A program made the position numbers and the translations under genes. Of a stretch of DNA of 64,000 nucleotides, positions 1 to 11,023 are shown in pieces. Location of the stretch: the NCBI GenBank assembly GCA_963737905.1, contig CAVTUQ010000007.1, forward strand, positions 320,001 to 384,000, written 5' to 3'. How positions within the stretch are numbered: the first letter of the stretch is position 1; each line of letters opens with the position of its first letter. The notes beneath the pieces were generated by a model. That model searched no databases, was not told the DNA's origin, and was given only the letters and a program-made list of their open reading frames with translations. The DNA is from an uncultured delta proteobacterium (GTDB lineage: Bacteria > Desulfobacterota > Binatia > UBA9968).

Positions 1-262
1 GGCATTCATGCGATCAAAACGCAGAAGAATTTCGCGGTTAACGTTCTCAAGAAATACATGCGCATCAGCGATCCCGAAATCCTCGAGGAGGGTTATCAAT
101 ATTCCCTGCGTTTTATCCAACCCCGGCCGTTTCCGACCTTGGAAGAAACCAAAGCTAGTTCTAGATGAATTGAAGCGGCCAGAGGCCAAGCCGGAGAACT
201 TCGTCGATCTGAGCTTGATGCAGGAATTAGAGAAGGAGAAGTTCTTCGATAAACTCAAATAA
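1..262 (+). CDS. 3' end of NitT/TauT-type ABC substrate-binding protein (partial, frameshift near 150)
   Basis: Frame 1 reads ...VLKKYMRISDPEILEEGYQYSLRFIQPRPFPTLE, then another frame gives KPENFVDLSLMQELEKEKFFDKLK; resembles C-termini of the SBPs at 5815 and 7961. Confidence 0.75.
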   Translation, partial: AFMRSKRRRISRLTFSRNTCASAIPKSSRRVINIPCVLSNPGRFRPWKKPKLVLDELKRPEAKPENFVDLSLMQELEKEKFFDKLK

Positions 263-384
263 GCAGGATCCCTTTACGTCTCCATTAGGGTATAGGCACC
301 GCACTAACCCGACGGGGACTCGCCTGGCGGATTGGAATCGGCTGGGGTTCAAGCCCGATATTTGCTATTTGCTCGCTAAATTGA

Positions 385-511
385 GAGCCGTCACCGCGCT
401 GGACGGATCGGTGTGGCCGTGGTCGGTGCCGATCACGAGACGATTTTCGCCGGCGTAGCGGACGATTATGTAGGGAACATCATCGTTGGTCTGGCAGGTG
501 ACGTAAATGTT
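385..511 (-). pseudogene. Fragment of an amidohydrolase paralog, diverged duplicate of 1169-1291
   Basis: Encodes NIYVTCQTNDDVPYIIVRYAGENRLVIGTDHGHTDPSSAVTAL, nearly identical to the C-terminus of 1079..2161. Confidence 0.85.
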
Positions 512-551
512 AGCCTGGCCATCTGAAGGCAAACGGGCTATCCTGTGACGG

Positions 552-797
552 GTGCCACAATATAGGTTCACGGAATATTTTGAGCACGAGGTTCTCCGCA
601 AGCGGTCGTATTTGAAGGAAGAAACTGGATGCATTCAGGTTTTGGAGAAGCCAATCAGAAGCGAGCCTCAAGAGGGAAACCGGTATCGGTTTTGGGGCAA
701 AATCGAGGAGTTTGAAGGGCGAATTCTGAGAGTTATCACATTGGAGGATAAGGTTACGATTCACAACGCTTTTCCAGACAGAGGATTCAAGCGATGA
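552..797 (+). CDS. Putative type II toxin (DUF4258/BrnT-like small RNase fold)
   Basis: 81 aa, GRILRVITLEDKVTIHNAFPDR-type C-terminus, 4-bp overlap with DUF2283-like gene. Confidence 0.65.
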   Translation: MPQYRFTEYFEHEVLRKRSYLKEETGCIQVLEKPIRSEPQEGNRYRFWGKIEEFEGRILRVITLEDKVTIHNAFPDRGFKR

Positions 798-1012
798 AGC
801 TCAATTACTATGCCGACACAGACTCGCTGTATATCGACCTTTCTGAGCGGCCGAGCGTCGAAAGTCGAGAGATCACGGAGGGTGTGGTTCTTGACTATGA
901 TGCCGAAGGGAATTTAGTGGGCATTGACATCGATAATGCTAGTCGAAAGGTTGACCTCAAGAAGCTCACTCTCAACAAGCTGCCAGCGATCATCCAGACA
1001 AACCCAGAATAA
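794..1012 (+). CDS. DUF2283 family protein, putative antitoxin
   Basis: MKLNYYADTDSLYI...GVVLDYDAEGNLVGIDI signature. Confidence 0.85.
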   Translation: MKLNYYADTDSLYIDLSERPSVESREITEGVVLDYDAEGNLVGIDIDNASRKVDLKKLTLNKLPAIIQTNPE

Positions 1013-1064
1013 CCATTGGTGAGATCGATGCCCAGGAACGCGCCTCCCACCTAAAAAGTTTGAT
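1007..1064 (+). other. Degenerate attC-like site
   Basis: GAATAAC overlapping the stop codon, imperfect GGTGAGA/TCCCACC pairing, GTTTGAT end; cassette-like GTTAGCC at 509. Confidence 0.4.
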
Positions 1065-1078
1065 TGTCGCCAAAAAAG

Positions 1079-2161
1079 TTAGAGCCCGTACAGCGCCTTG
1101 GCGTTATGGGAGAGGATTTTTTCTTTGATGGCGGCGTCGATCCCTTCCATTCGCTGAAATTCATTTAGCGCGGTGACCGCGCTCGACGGATCGGTGTGGC
1201 CGTAGTCGGTGCCGATCACTAGCCGGTTCTCGCCTGCGTAGCGGACGATGTAGGAAACATCATCGTTGGTCTGGCAGGTGACGAAGACGTTGTATTCCTC
1301 AAACACATTTTCGGGGAACTTCCGTCCCGCCACCCGATAGCGAATGGCCGCTTCCCGGTAAAGCCACGGCACCCATTGAGCCGAGGCTTCGATGAATCCC
1401 CACCGCAATTTGGGAAACATCGCCGGTATTTCGCTCATGAGGAGACCGAAGCAGGCGGTGACCGTCGGCACGCGAAACTGCGCGAAGCGCCCGGCCGGCG
1501 CAAGCCGGTAGAGATCGCAGCTCTCGGGATTGCCGTTGGCGATGTGGACGGCGATGGCCAGATCTAAATCGCTGGCGGTTCGGTAGATCGGATAGAAATC
1601 AGGATCGGTCAAATGCCGCTCTCCCTCCAAAGGGCGCATGCAGACGGCGGCGGCGCCGTTCTCTTTTGCAAACTTGATCTGGGCTACGGCTTCGTCGATA
1701 TTCAGCGCGGGCACCACACAAGAGTAACGTAGGCGGCCGTTGCTTTTCTTATAGACATCGGCGAGCCAGCGGTTCCAACTCCGGCAAAGCGCCGCTTCGA
1801 CCTCGGGGCGCGTCGTGATCTGTTCTATCCAGAACGTGTTGTGCAGGACCTGAATGTCGATGCCCAACTCGTCCATATGCTTCAATCGTACGTCGACGTC
1901 GTCTAGCTGGCGCGCGGCCTGGGGCGTTGCGATGTTTCTGCCGGCTCGGTCCGAAAAATCTCTGAGCTCCTGCTCCGAGAGTGTCGGGAAACGAAAGCCG
2001 CTGATCTTGTCGTCGATCACCCAGTACTGCCGCGTTTCGTCCTCCGGTGTGTAGAAAAGCCGCGGGCGATATTTCTTTTCCGACGGTTCCAGATAGTCCC
2101 AGGTGTGCTCGGTTTCAATGACATGGGCATCGGCATCAATAATGGGAAAAGAGTTAGCCAT
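1079..2161 (-). CDS. Amidohydrolase_2 family protein (decarboxylase/hydratase-like)
   Basis: IDADAH N-terminal motif, GTDYGH C-terminal motif. Confidence 0.9.
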   Translation of the reverse strand: MANSFPIIDADAHVIETEHTWDYLEPSEKKYRPRLFYTPEDETRQYWVIDDKISGFRFPTLSEQELRDFSDRAGRNIATPQAARQLDDVDVRLKHMDELGIDIQVLHNTFWIEQITTRPEVEAALCRSWNRWLADVYKKSNGRLRYSCVVPALNIDEAVAQIKFAKENGAAAVCMRPLEGERHLTDPDFYPIYRTASDLDLAIAVHIANGNPESCDLYRLAPAGRFAQFRVPTVTACFGLLMSEIPAMFPKLRWGFIEASAQWVPWLYREAAIRYRVAGRKFPENVFEEYNVFVTCQTNDDVSYIVRYAGENRLVIGTDYGHTDPSSAVTALNEFQRMEGIDAAIKEKILSHNAKALYGL

Positions 2162-2382
2162 TTTGGTTTCCTCCTCCTTCGCCGTGGTGAGGGCAACGCT
2201 GATTGACGTTAGTTCCGTCGAGTGACACTGTCAAGTCGTGTCCTGATCCGCGTTGACGGCCGAGATCCAAGAAATTTGCCTTGACAGAATTTTTACGACT
2301 TGGGCATATGACAGAAGGTTGGTTTGAAGGCTTCGCCGCAGCGCCATTGCAGGGCCAAAATCGCCTGGTGGAGGTCACTCTT

Positions 2383-3540
2383 ATGAAAAGCGCCTACGGA
2401 CTCAAAATACCCGAGCCTGATTCCGAGCTGACCCGTGTCGGGCCGGGTACGCCCTGCGGCGAGCTGATGCGCCGCTACTGGCAGCCGGTTTGTCCGTCGG
2501 CTGATCTGAAAGATATACCCAAGCGGGTGCGAATTCTCGGTGAAGATCTGGTTGCCTTCCGAGATGGACAGGGCAGGGCGGGTCTGCTCTTTTTTCGCTG
2601 CAGCCATCGTGGCACGTCTCTGGAATACGGCCGGGTTGAAGAGCGGGGGCTCAGGTGTTGCTATCATGGCTGGCTTTACGACGTGGAAGGTAACATCCTA
2701 GAAATGCCGCTGGAGCCTGCTAACAACCCGTTCCTCAAACAGATTCGACATCCCTGCTATCCTGTGAGGGAGTTCGGTGGCTTGGTCTTTGCCTACATGG
2801 GGCCGCTCGACAGGCAGCCAGAGTTTCCCATCTACGATATATGGAAAGAAGAGGGTGGCGTACTCAAGGCCAGAATGGGACCCCGGGTCGGCGGCCCGGT
2901 GAATTGTAATTGGTTGCAAGCCGAGGAGAATCTGATGGACGCGCTGCACACGTTCTGGCTTCACACGCTGCACAGCGGTACTCAGTTTCCCTCCCCGGTC
3001 TATGGCATGGACCCGGACCAGCTGAAATACGAAGAGACCGGGGTCGGAATGCGCTTCGTTCTGACTCGAAAATTACCCAGCGGTAAATGGTGGGATCTTA
3101 TCTGGGAAATGATCATGCCGCTCAACATCCATCTCGTGTACACGGACGAGCCTAAAACGGAGCGCGTGCGCGCGGTGACCTATTGCGTCCCCGTCGACGA
3201 CACGCACCAGCTCGGCGCCAGTATCCGTTGGGTGCCGGATGGCGATCTCGACCAGCCCACCGGGCGCGAACAACTCGCGCCCGGTGGCCGTAAAGACTCC
3301 AGTTACGAATACACCCAGCGTCATCCCGATGACAAAGAAGCGGTGGAAAGCCAGGGCCCCATCGCGCTGCATGGCCTCGAGCATCTCGTCACCTCGGACA
3401 AGGGTGTCATCATGTTCAGACGAATTCTGAGGACTGCAATCCACGCGGTTGCACAAGGCGAAGATCCGAAAGGACTTATCCGCGACGCCTCAACGACAAT
3501 GTTGGTTCAAACTACTGCCGGCAGTCGGGTCAGAGATTAA
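2383..3540 (+). CDS. Rieske non-heme iron oxygenase, phthalate 4,5-dioxygenase-like alpha subunit
   Basis: CSHRG...CCYHGW Rieske motif, ENLMDALHTFWLH iron motif, VGPGTPCGELMRRYW N-terminus; GGAGG before ATG 2383. Confidence 0.9.
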   Translation: MKSAYGLKIPEPDSELTRVGPGTPCGELMRRYWQPVCPSADLKDIPKRVRILGEDLVAFRDGQGRAGLLFFRCSHRGTSLEYGRVEERGLRCCYHGWLYDVEGNILEMPLEPANNPFLKQIRHPCYPVREFGGLVFAYMGPLDRQPEFPIYDIWKEEGGVLKARMGPRVGGPVNCNWLQAEENLMDALHTFWLHTLHSGTQFPSPVYGMDPDQLKYEETGVGMRFVLTRKLPSGKWWDLIWEMIMPLNIHLVYTDEPKTERVRAVTYCVPVDDTHQLGASIRWVPDGDLDQPTGREQLAPGGRKDSSYEYTQRHPDDKEAVESQGPIALHGLEHLVTSDKGVIMFRRILRTAIHAVAQGEDPKGLIRDASTTMLVQTTAGSRVRD

Positions 3541-3665
3541 TCGATTATTAATGTCACGTTATAGTTTTCTATTATTGCCGCCACTGGCCAGACATGCTAG
3601 AGAGGCAGGCATCAACGTCAATACGAGCAACGTTTTTTCAACGTCTTATTCACAAGGAGGGGATC

Positions 3666-4634
3666 ATGATCAGCGCTAACGATCTTCAGGGTGCACTGGC
3701 AATTATGCCGACACCGGCCAGAGAAGGGGCAGACCGCCTCGATGCCACGAATACAGTCGACCTGGACGAGACCGCTCGCCTAGCGGAGACCCTAGTTCGC
3801 GATGGCGCCACCGGTATCATGGCTTTGGGGACGATGGGAGAGTGCGCAACCACTTCCCACAGCGACTATGAGGCCTACGTGGACTGTTTGCTTCAGACCA
3901 TTCGCGGCCGCATCCCGACATTTGTCGGCACCACAGCCCTGGGCGGCCATGAGATCGCCCGGCGTATCCGCTTTGTCAAAGAGCGCGGAGCCACGGGAAC
4001 TCTACTCGGTATCCCCATGTGGCAACCTGCCACTCTCGATATGGCGGTGGAGTTCTACGCTTCTGTTGCCGAGACGTTTCCGGGTTTTCCGATCATGGTC
4101 TACGCCAATCCGCGCGCCTTCCGCTTCGCATTCGGCGTCGATTTCTGGAGACCCATTGTCGAAAAGGCGCCCACGGTCATGTCTGCGAAGTTTTCCAGCA
4201 AAGGTATCCTCCGGGAAGCGGTTGCCGCGACCAAGGGACGGGTGAATTTCGTTCCTCCGGTCGGCCTCGCCTACGAGTTCGCTCAGCTTTCGCCGGAGAC
4301 GGCGACGACCTGTTGGATTCCCGCCGTCGGACCGCAACCGGCCCTGGCGCTCATGAAAGCGCTTGCAGCGCGCGACGGGCAATTAGCCAAGACCGTGGCC
4401 GACGATATCGCCTGGGCTGTCGAGCCTCATCACGCGATTACCGGCTCACAGGACGTTTTCGCTTCGTACAACATCCAGCTGGAGAAGATCCTGATGGGCG
4501 CCTCCGGTTACTGCAAAACCGGTCCCATCAGGCCGCCTTACAACGTCATGCCGGAAGACTTCGCCCGGGCGGCGCGCGAAAGCGGGCAGCGGTTCGCCAA
4601 GCTTCGCGAGAAATACTCGCGGCCACTCGGGTAG
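3666..4634 (+). CDS. DHDPS/NAL-family aldolase, NahE-like hydratase-aldolase
   Basis: AIMPTPA, GTMGECAT, MVYANPRAFRF motifs; AAGGAGG upstream. Confidence 0.8.
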   Translation: MISANDLQGALAIMPTPAREGADRLDATNTVDLDETARLAETLVRDGATGIMALGTMGECATTSHSDYEAYVDCLLQTIRGRIPTFVGTTALGGHEIARRIRFVKERGATGTLLGIPMWQPATLDMAVEFYASVAETFPGFPIMVYANPRAFRFAFGVDFWRPIVEKAPTVMSAKFSSKGILREAVAATKGRVNFVPPVGLAYEFAQLSPETATTCWIPAVGPQPALALMKALAARDGQLAKTVADDIAWAVEPHHAITGSQDVFASYNIQLEKILMGASGYCKTGPIRPPYNVMPEDFARAARESGQRFAKLREKYSRPLG

Positions 4635-4729
4635 GTTTCATTCGCATTGTTTATGTTAGAACTTGACGACACCGCGTTTCGCTGTACGACACTCAGCATT
4701 TTATCATTTCAAAATGTAGGGGGATTTTT

Positions 4730-5786
4730 ATGAGCACAACCCTGGGACCCATCAATCTTTTTGAATTCGAGACCCTTGCCAAGGAGCGTTTGCCCAAAGA
4801 GGAATACGATTATATCGCCGGCGGAGCGACGGATGAGATCAGCGTCGATCGCAACCGCCGCGCTTATGAGTCCTGGGCCTTGCGGCCGCGCGTGCTGCGC
4901 AACGTGAGCACGCTCGACCTTTCCACAACCGTGGTCGGAACCAAGGTGAACCTGCCGGTTCTTATCGCTCCCTGCGGCGGGCACAAGAGAGCTCATCCCG
5001 AGGGAGAAAGCGCCACGTACCGGGCGGCGGCGGCTTGCGGGACCATCTTCGCCGTCAGCGCCAATTCAAATGTTCCATTTGAAGAATTGGCCAAGGCCGC
5101 GGCGGGACATCTTTGGCTCCAGTTGTATCCGTTTAAGGACCGAGAAGTGACCAAGGACTGGCTGCGCTGCGCCAAGGATTCAGGATACGAGGCCATCTGC
5201 GTCACGTTGGATTCCCAGTGGCCGCCCAAACGCGAGCGTAACATCCGAAATAATTATAAGCGAAGCGGCGGGGCCAACCGCGGCCATACAGAGGAAAAGT
5301 CGCGACGGGCAGGGGCGGGCTCGGATCCCGCAGCGACGTGGAAAGATCTGGAATGGATGAAATCGGCTACGGGTCTTCCCGTGGTTGCCAAAGGAATCAT
5401 GACCGGGGAGGATGTCGATGTCATGCGCGGACGCCGGTGCCGATGCCGTGATCGTCTCCAATCACGGCGGCCGCCATCTCGATAACACGCTGGCGACCAT
5501 CGAGGTGCTTTCTGAGGCCGTCAATGCGGCCAAAGGGCGGACGGAAGTTCTCCTCGACGGTGGTATAAGGCGCGGCGCCGATGTCGTGAAGGCCCTGGCC
5601 CTCGGAGCCAAGGCGGTATTCATCGGCCGTCCGCTGTTTTGGGGTCTCGCGCTTGGCGGCGAGCAGGGCGTAATTCGCGTCCTGGACATTCTCCGCGAAG
5701 AGATCGAAATCACCATGGCCAAATGCGGCAGGCCAACGGTCGCAGACATCGATTCTACCGTGGTTGTCAAGGCGCCGAGCCTATAG
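4730..5786 (+). CDS. FMN-dependent alpha-hydroxy acid oxidase/dehydrogenase (frameshift near 5420)
   Basis: YDYIAGGA, LWLQLY, VVAKGI in first ORF; VSNHGGR and DGGIRRG in second ORF. Confidence 0.85.
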
Positions 5787-5814
5787 ACAATCATGAAAAC
5801 GGAAAGCTGAGGGC

Positions 5815-6815
5815 GTGGCTAAGAAAAGTGCTTTCCTGCTGGTGTCGATAATTCTCAGCTGTCTTTTTCCTGGGCAGGCTGCATCGACAACTAAAATCAG
5901 ACTCAGCCAATCCAACGTGGGCCTCACCGCAGCTCCGCTTTGGGTGGCGACCAGCCATGGGTTTTTTTCCAAATATGGGCTTGAGTTGGAGCCCGTCTAT
6001 GTTCGAAACAGCACAATCCAAATAATGGCACTCACCACCGGGGAAGTTCAGCTGAGCCATACTGGAGGGGCGCCGACGCTCAGTGCGGCTGCCCAAGGCC
6101 ACGATCTTAAAATCGTTGCAACCTTTGGCCACGGAGTCTATTGGGATATCGTCGCGCGGCCGGAGATCCGAACTGCCGGCGAGTTGCGTGGCAAAAACCT
6201 TGGGGTTACAAACATTGGCGGGACCACATGGATCGGCGCTATTCTTGGCCTAGAGCACTTCAACTTAAATCCTGATCGCGATCGTATTCAGCTTCAAGGT
6301 ATCGGCGATCAAACAGTTCTGCTACAGGCATTAAGCTCCGGTCGAGTGGATGCCGTCCTGGTCGAACCCTCCTTTACGCGCGAGCTCAAGAAACGAGGCT
6401 TTAGAGTCTTGGCAGAGCTCTCCAGCGCTAGCATTCCGTTTGCCAGTTCGGGACTAGTGGTCCCGCAAGGCTACTTGAAGAAAGAACCTGACGCTGTGGA
6501 GAATGTATTGAAGGGATTGATAGAGGCCACGGCATTTCTTTATAAACCAGCCAACCGGCAGGTCGTGCTCGGGATTTTATCCGATCGCCTCAAGTTGTCG
6601 GACACGATATCGGCCAAAGAGGCGCTTCAGGATTTTGAAAAGCTCGTGGCGAAAAGACCTTATCCCGATGTGGATGGGCTGCGTAATATCCAACGAGTGA
6701 TGAAATACAATCCGAGTGTAGCGCGAATAAAGGTTGAGAATGTAATCGAAGGGCGCATTTACCGAAAACTGGAAGAAAGTCAATTCATCGATCGTGTGTA
6801 CAATATGAGTGAATC
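5815..6815 (+). CDS. NitT/TauT-family ABC substrate-binding protein (stop apparently lost; end approximate)
   Basis: Signal peptide, GFFSKYGL motif, paralog of 7961 gene. Confidence 0.8.
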
Positions 6816-6828
6816 GAAGGAGGCAAGA

Positions 6829-7974
6829 ATGGAAGATGCAAAATTTTTCTCGGCGGATTCTCACGTCAACGAGCCCCCTGAAGCTTGGGAGAGAATACCT
6901 AAACAGTTGCGTGAACACGGGCCCCATTTTGTCCAGGATCCGCCAGGCAAGAAAGGTCTTTACATGGTTTTTGATGGTCATGAGCCCGATCCCGTCGGCA
7001 TGACATTTACCGCCGGTCAAGACAAAGCCGGCGGAGGCATTCGTAAAGTGATCGAAACCTTCAAGTGGGAAGACTGGCGCGGTCCGTGGGATCCAGCGGC
7101 ACGCATCGCCGACATGGATTTGGACGGCGTCAAGATGGAAGTTCTTTATCCGAGCATGGCGCGTAACTTTTACAGCCTCAAAGGCGAAGAGATTCCGCTA
7201 CAGAAAGCCGGCTTGGTTGCCTACAATGACTGGATGCGCGATTACTGCGCCGCCGCGCCTAAGCGGCTTATCGGTTTAGGCTTGCTCTCCGCATTAGATG
7301 TCGATTGGTCGTTGGAAGAGATGAAGCGGTGCGCCAAGCTGGGACTGAAGGGTGTTGTCTTACCATCGCAATTGCCGGACGGCATCAGTTATGCGGATCC
7401 TAGTTTTGATCCGCTGTGGACGGCTGCGCAGGATATGGATTTCCCGCTGCACTTCCATATCAACATCATCCAGGGAAGAGACCGGATGGCGGCACGGCTC
7501 AAAGTGATTACTAAACTTCAACAAGGGCGGAACGCGGTGCGCCGCGGCATCCTAGAGCCTTTGAATCTGCTCACTGATCTGGTGTTCGGTGGGGTGCTCG
7601 AACGTTTTCCGCGACTGCGCTTCGTCCTCGCGGAATATGACGTTTCCTGGCTGCATCCGTTCATCAGTAAAATGGACGGTACGCTACAGAGGGCCCGTTC
7701 CGAATCGCCGGACTCGCCCACCGTTGCCGCGCTCCCCAGCGAGTGTATTCGACGCCAGGTTTATATCACTTTTCAGGAAGATCGAGTCGGGGTGTTGGGA
7801 GCGGAGGTTTTCAACATGATCGATAACTACATGTGGGCGAGCGATTATCCGCACGGCGGCTCGACATGGCCGCGCTCTAAAGACGCCGTTGCGAGGCAAT
7901 TCAAAGGCGTTCCGGAACCGATCGAACGGAAGCTAACGTGGGATAACGCCGCCAAATTTTATGGCGTTCAATAA
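6829..7974 (+). CDS. Amidohydrolase_2 family protein
   Basis: AAGGAGG then ATG 6829; SADSH and WASDYPH motifs. Confidence 0.85.
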   Translation: MEDAKFFSADSHVNEPPEAWERIPKQLREHGPHFVQDPPGKKGLYMVFDGHEPDPVGMTFTAGQDKAGGGIRKVIETFKWEDWRGPWDPAARIADMDLDGVKMEVLYPSMARNFYSLKGEEIPLQKAGLVAYNDWMRDYCAAAPKRLIGLGLLSALDVDWSLEEMKRCAKLGLKGVVLPSQLPDGISYADPSFDPLWTAAQDMDFPLHFHINIIQGRDRMAARLKVITKLQQGRNAVRRGILEPLNLLTDLVFGGVLERFPRLRFVLAEYDVSWLHPFISKMDGTLQRARSESPDSPTVAALPSECIRRQVYITFQEDRVGVLGAEVFNMIDNYMWASDYPHGGSTWPRSKDAVARQFKGVPEPIERKLTWDNAAKFYGVQ

Positions 7975-8999
7975 TTGCTTTTTGGGTCTTCTCCTTATTT
8001 TCCTTGGCCCAGTGCCGCCGCTTTACGCGGTTCAGGTTGTTCAAAAAAGCGCTCCGCCGATTCTCAATAAGATTCGGATAAGCCAGTCCGCGGTGAACAC
8101 CAGATCGGCGGTTCTTTGGATTGCGCAGGGTCAAGGTTTTTTTGCTAAAAACGGCCTCGACGTTGAAACGATTTACTTGCGCAGCAGCAACCTACAAATG
8201 GCGGCGATGGCCACCGGAGATGTTCAGATCGGCAGCAGCGGCGGCGCGCCCGTTCTTTCCGCGGTGTCGGGAGGACAAGATTTAAAAATCGTGGCAACTC
8301 CAGGCAATCGCCTGGCTTACGATATTGTGGTCCGGCCGGAGATCAAGGAACCGAAGGATCTTCGTAATAAGCGGTTCGGGGTGACGAATATCGGTGGCAC
8401 AACCTGGATGGCGGCCTTGCTTGCCTTGGAGCATATGGGCCTAGATCAGCGCCGGGATCAGATCAAGATCAATGCCATTGGCAATCAGACGATTCTTGCC
8501 CAAGCGATCGAGGCCGGGACCATCGATGCGACCCTGCTTGATCCGTTTCTAAGCCGGCGACTGAAGCAGAAGGGGTTGCCAACCCTTGTAGAGCTTTACC
8601 GCGCAGGAGATCCCATTCGTTAATACCAGTGTCGTCGTCAATGGTGCGTTCTTGAAGCAGCGTGCCGACGCCGTCGAGAATGTACTCAAGTCGCTTATCG
8701 AGGCCCAGGCTTTTATCGCTTCGCCCAATAACAAAGCTGCCGTCATTAAGACCGTGATGCAGCATATGCAAATTACGGATCCCGCTATGGCGGAAGAAGG
8801 GTATCAAGATTTGCTCTTCGGTATTGAGAGAAAGCCCTATCCTTCTGCCGATTCCTTGCGCAATGTCCAGCGGATCATGGCATTGCTGAATCCAAAAGTC
8901 GGCAGTGTCAAAGTCGAAGAAATCATCGACAGCCGTTTTATTCGAAAATTGGATGAAACCGGCTTTATCGATGGCGCTTACTCGGGAAGCAAAAGGTAG
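7961..8999 (+). CDS. NitT/TauT-family ABC substrate-binding protein (frameshift near 8610)
   Basis: ORFs 7961..8623 and 8652..8999 together are collinear with the 5815 paralog. Confidence 0.8.
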
Positions 9000-9040
9000 C
9001 GAAAGAGCTCTTGGAGGTCAGGATTGATGGAAGGAAAGAT

Positions 9041-10351
9041 GTGAATCTGTCTTCGAAGCTCGCTGAGTTTACCGTTGGCTTTCAGTTAGACGCGGTCCCT
9101 GCGAAAGCCCTGGAAAACGCAAAGGTCGCAATTCTCGACTGTCTGGGCGTTGCAGTTCTGGCAACGACGCAGGAGATAGGAACGATTCTGTTGAACTTCG
9201 CGCGCAACAACGTCGGCACCGGTCCCTGCACAATCTGGGGCACAGCGCTGAAAACCACGCCGCGCGACGCGGCGCTTATCAACGGAACTCTGGCTCATGG
9301 CCTCGACTACGATGATAGAAATCATTCTTCGACCTATACCCTCGCGGCGTCGTTTGCCGCCGCTGAAGCTCGTGATTTATCCGGAGCAAAATGCTTGAAG
9401 GATTCATCGCGGGCAGAGAAGTCCGCTCGGCCTTGGACGGGCTATTTTCGAAACGTTCCAGCGGCATCGGACCGGGCGCCAGAGGATGGCATTCCAACGG
9501 TATTCTCGGACCCCTCGCCGCTGCGTGTTCGGTGAGCAAAATATTCGACCTGAGTTTGCAGCAGACACGAACAGCCATCGGATTGGCGGCTGGTTCTTGT
9601 GGGGCTTTGACCCGCGACGGCGGCACCATGGCTAAACCTTTTCGCGTCGGCCAAGCCGCCGCTACCGGAATGACCTGTGCGCTTTTGGCGAAAGAAGGTT
9701 TTACCAGCGATGATTCAGCGCTGGAAGGACGATATGGTTTGATTGAAGCCTTGGGCCCGATTCCCGAAGAGATCTTAAACGACCTGGCAAGCAATTTAGG
9801 AAAAAGATTCGACCTCGAGACGGTCGGAGTCAACGTGAAACCCTTCGCTTCGTGCACGGCGACGCACTCGGGATTAGAGGCGATGCTCAGAATGATGGAC
9901 AAGAACTCGATTCTCCCTGCTGATGTTGAATCGATTGAAGCTGACCTGAAGCCTTATCCACTGGTGCGACAAAAGCCAACACGAGGCTTCGAGGGAAGAT
10001 TCAGCATGCCTTTTTGCCTTGCGATGACGCTGATCCATCGGTCCGTTGATCCAGGCGACTTCACCAATGAACGTTTGTTTGAGCCTCTGGTTCAGCAGTT
10101 AATCTCCCGCACCCACCATGTGCCCGACTCACCTGTGCTCACTGTCATTTTGAAGAGACGGTACGAGAATCACTGAACCGATTCAGCCGCATACAAACCT
10201 CAAAGGCTGGGCTGCCGTAAGTGAAAAGTTTCAAAAATCTGTGGCCGGTGGCCTCAACACAGATCAACAACAAAAAATATTGGCATTGGTTTCTCGCTTG
10301 GACGAGCTGCCATCAACAGCAGAGTTGGCACGAAACCTCTGTGCCGCATAG
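9041..10351 (+). CDS. MmgE/PrpD family protein (frameshifts near 9390 and 10155)
   Basis: ILDCLGV, NGTLAHGLDYDD, KPFASC motifs across three frames. Confidence 0.8.
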
Positions 10352-10515
10352 AAGAACGTTGGGACATTGATTACTTCCCGATGGATCATCATGGCCAACT
10401 CCGGCTGGCCCATTCAAGGCCCACAAAGGCGGGCGCGTATTTGACAGGCTGAAACGCGACGTTGACAGCCAAACGTTATGCTTCTAAACTCGATTCGTTA
10501 CTGGAGCGCAAAACC

Positions 10516-10893
10516 ATGGGTTTGACTTTCATCGACGTTATTATTGCGAACCCGGGCAACCCGAGGAGAGCCAAGAAAGTTAGCTTGCTCGTGGACTCCG
10601 GCGCCATTTACTCGGTAGTTTCCAAGGAGGTTCTGCGTCAGCTTGGAGTGAAGCCACACTCGACAAAGACCTTTACTCTCGCGGACGGCTCGGAGATCCG
10701 CCGTAAAATAGGCGATGCAACCTTCAAGCTAAATGGTCATCAAGGAGCTTCGCCAGTCATATTCGGTGAAAAGGGAGACAGTGCGTTGCTGGGGACAGTG
10801 TCGCTTGAAGCTTTGGGTTTGCTGCTTGATCCGATCCGTCGCGAGCTGCGTCCTTTGCCGATGGTACTTGGGTCGCAGAAGCCGCGCTCGTGA
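10516..10893 (+). CDS. Clan AA (retropepsin-like) aspartyl protease
   Basis: LLVDSGA and LLGTVSLEALG motifs. Confidence 0.85.
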   Translation: MGLTFIDVIIANPGNPRRAKKVSLLVDSGAIYSVVSKEVLRQLGVKPHSTKTFTLADGSEIRRKIGDATFKLNGHQGASPVIFGEKGDSALLGTVSLEALGLLLDPIRRELRPLPMVLGSQKPRS

Positions 10894-11023
10894 CAGTTCT
10901 TCTGCTCCTAGTTCGGCCAATACCTGATCTCTGTGTTCTTTTCGTTTTTTTCGGTGCCGTATATCTTCCGTCACTGCCCGCGGGTTTCCTTAGCCAACCA
11001 AGACTAACGACGAAACGCATGAC

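Noticed and set aside
5815-7974. Novel SBP-amidohydrolase fusion (719 aa)
   Set aside because: Strong AAGGAGG-ATG at 6829, SBP is complete by ~6810, periplasmic/cytoplasmic mismatch and many nearby indels suggest a lost stop
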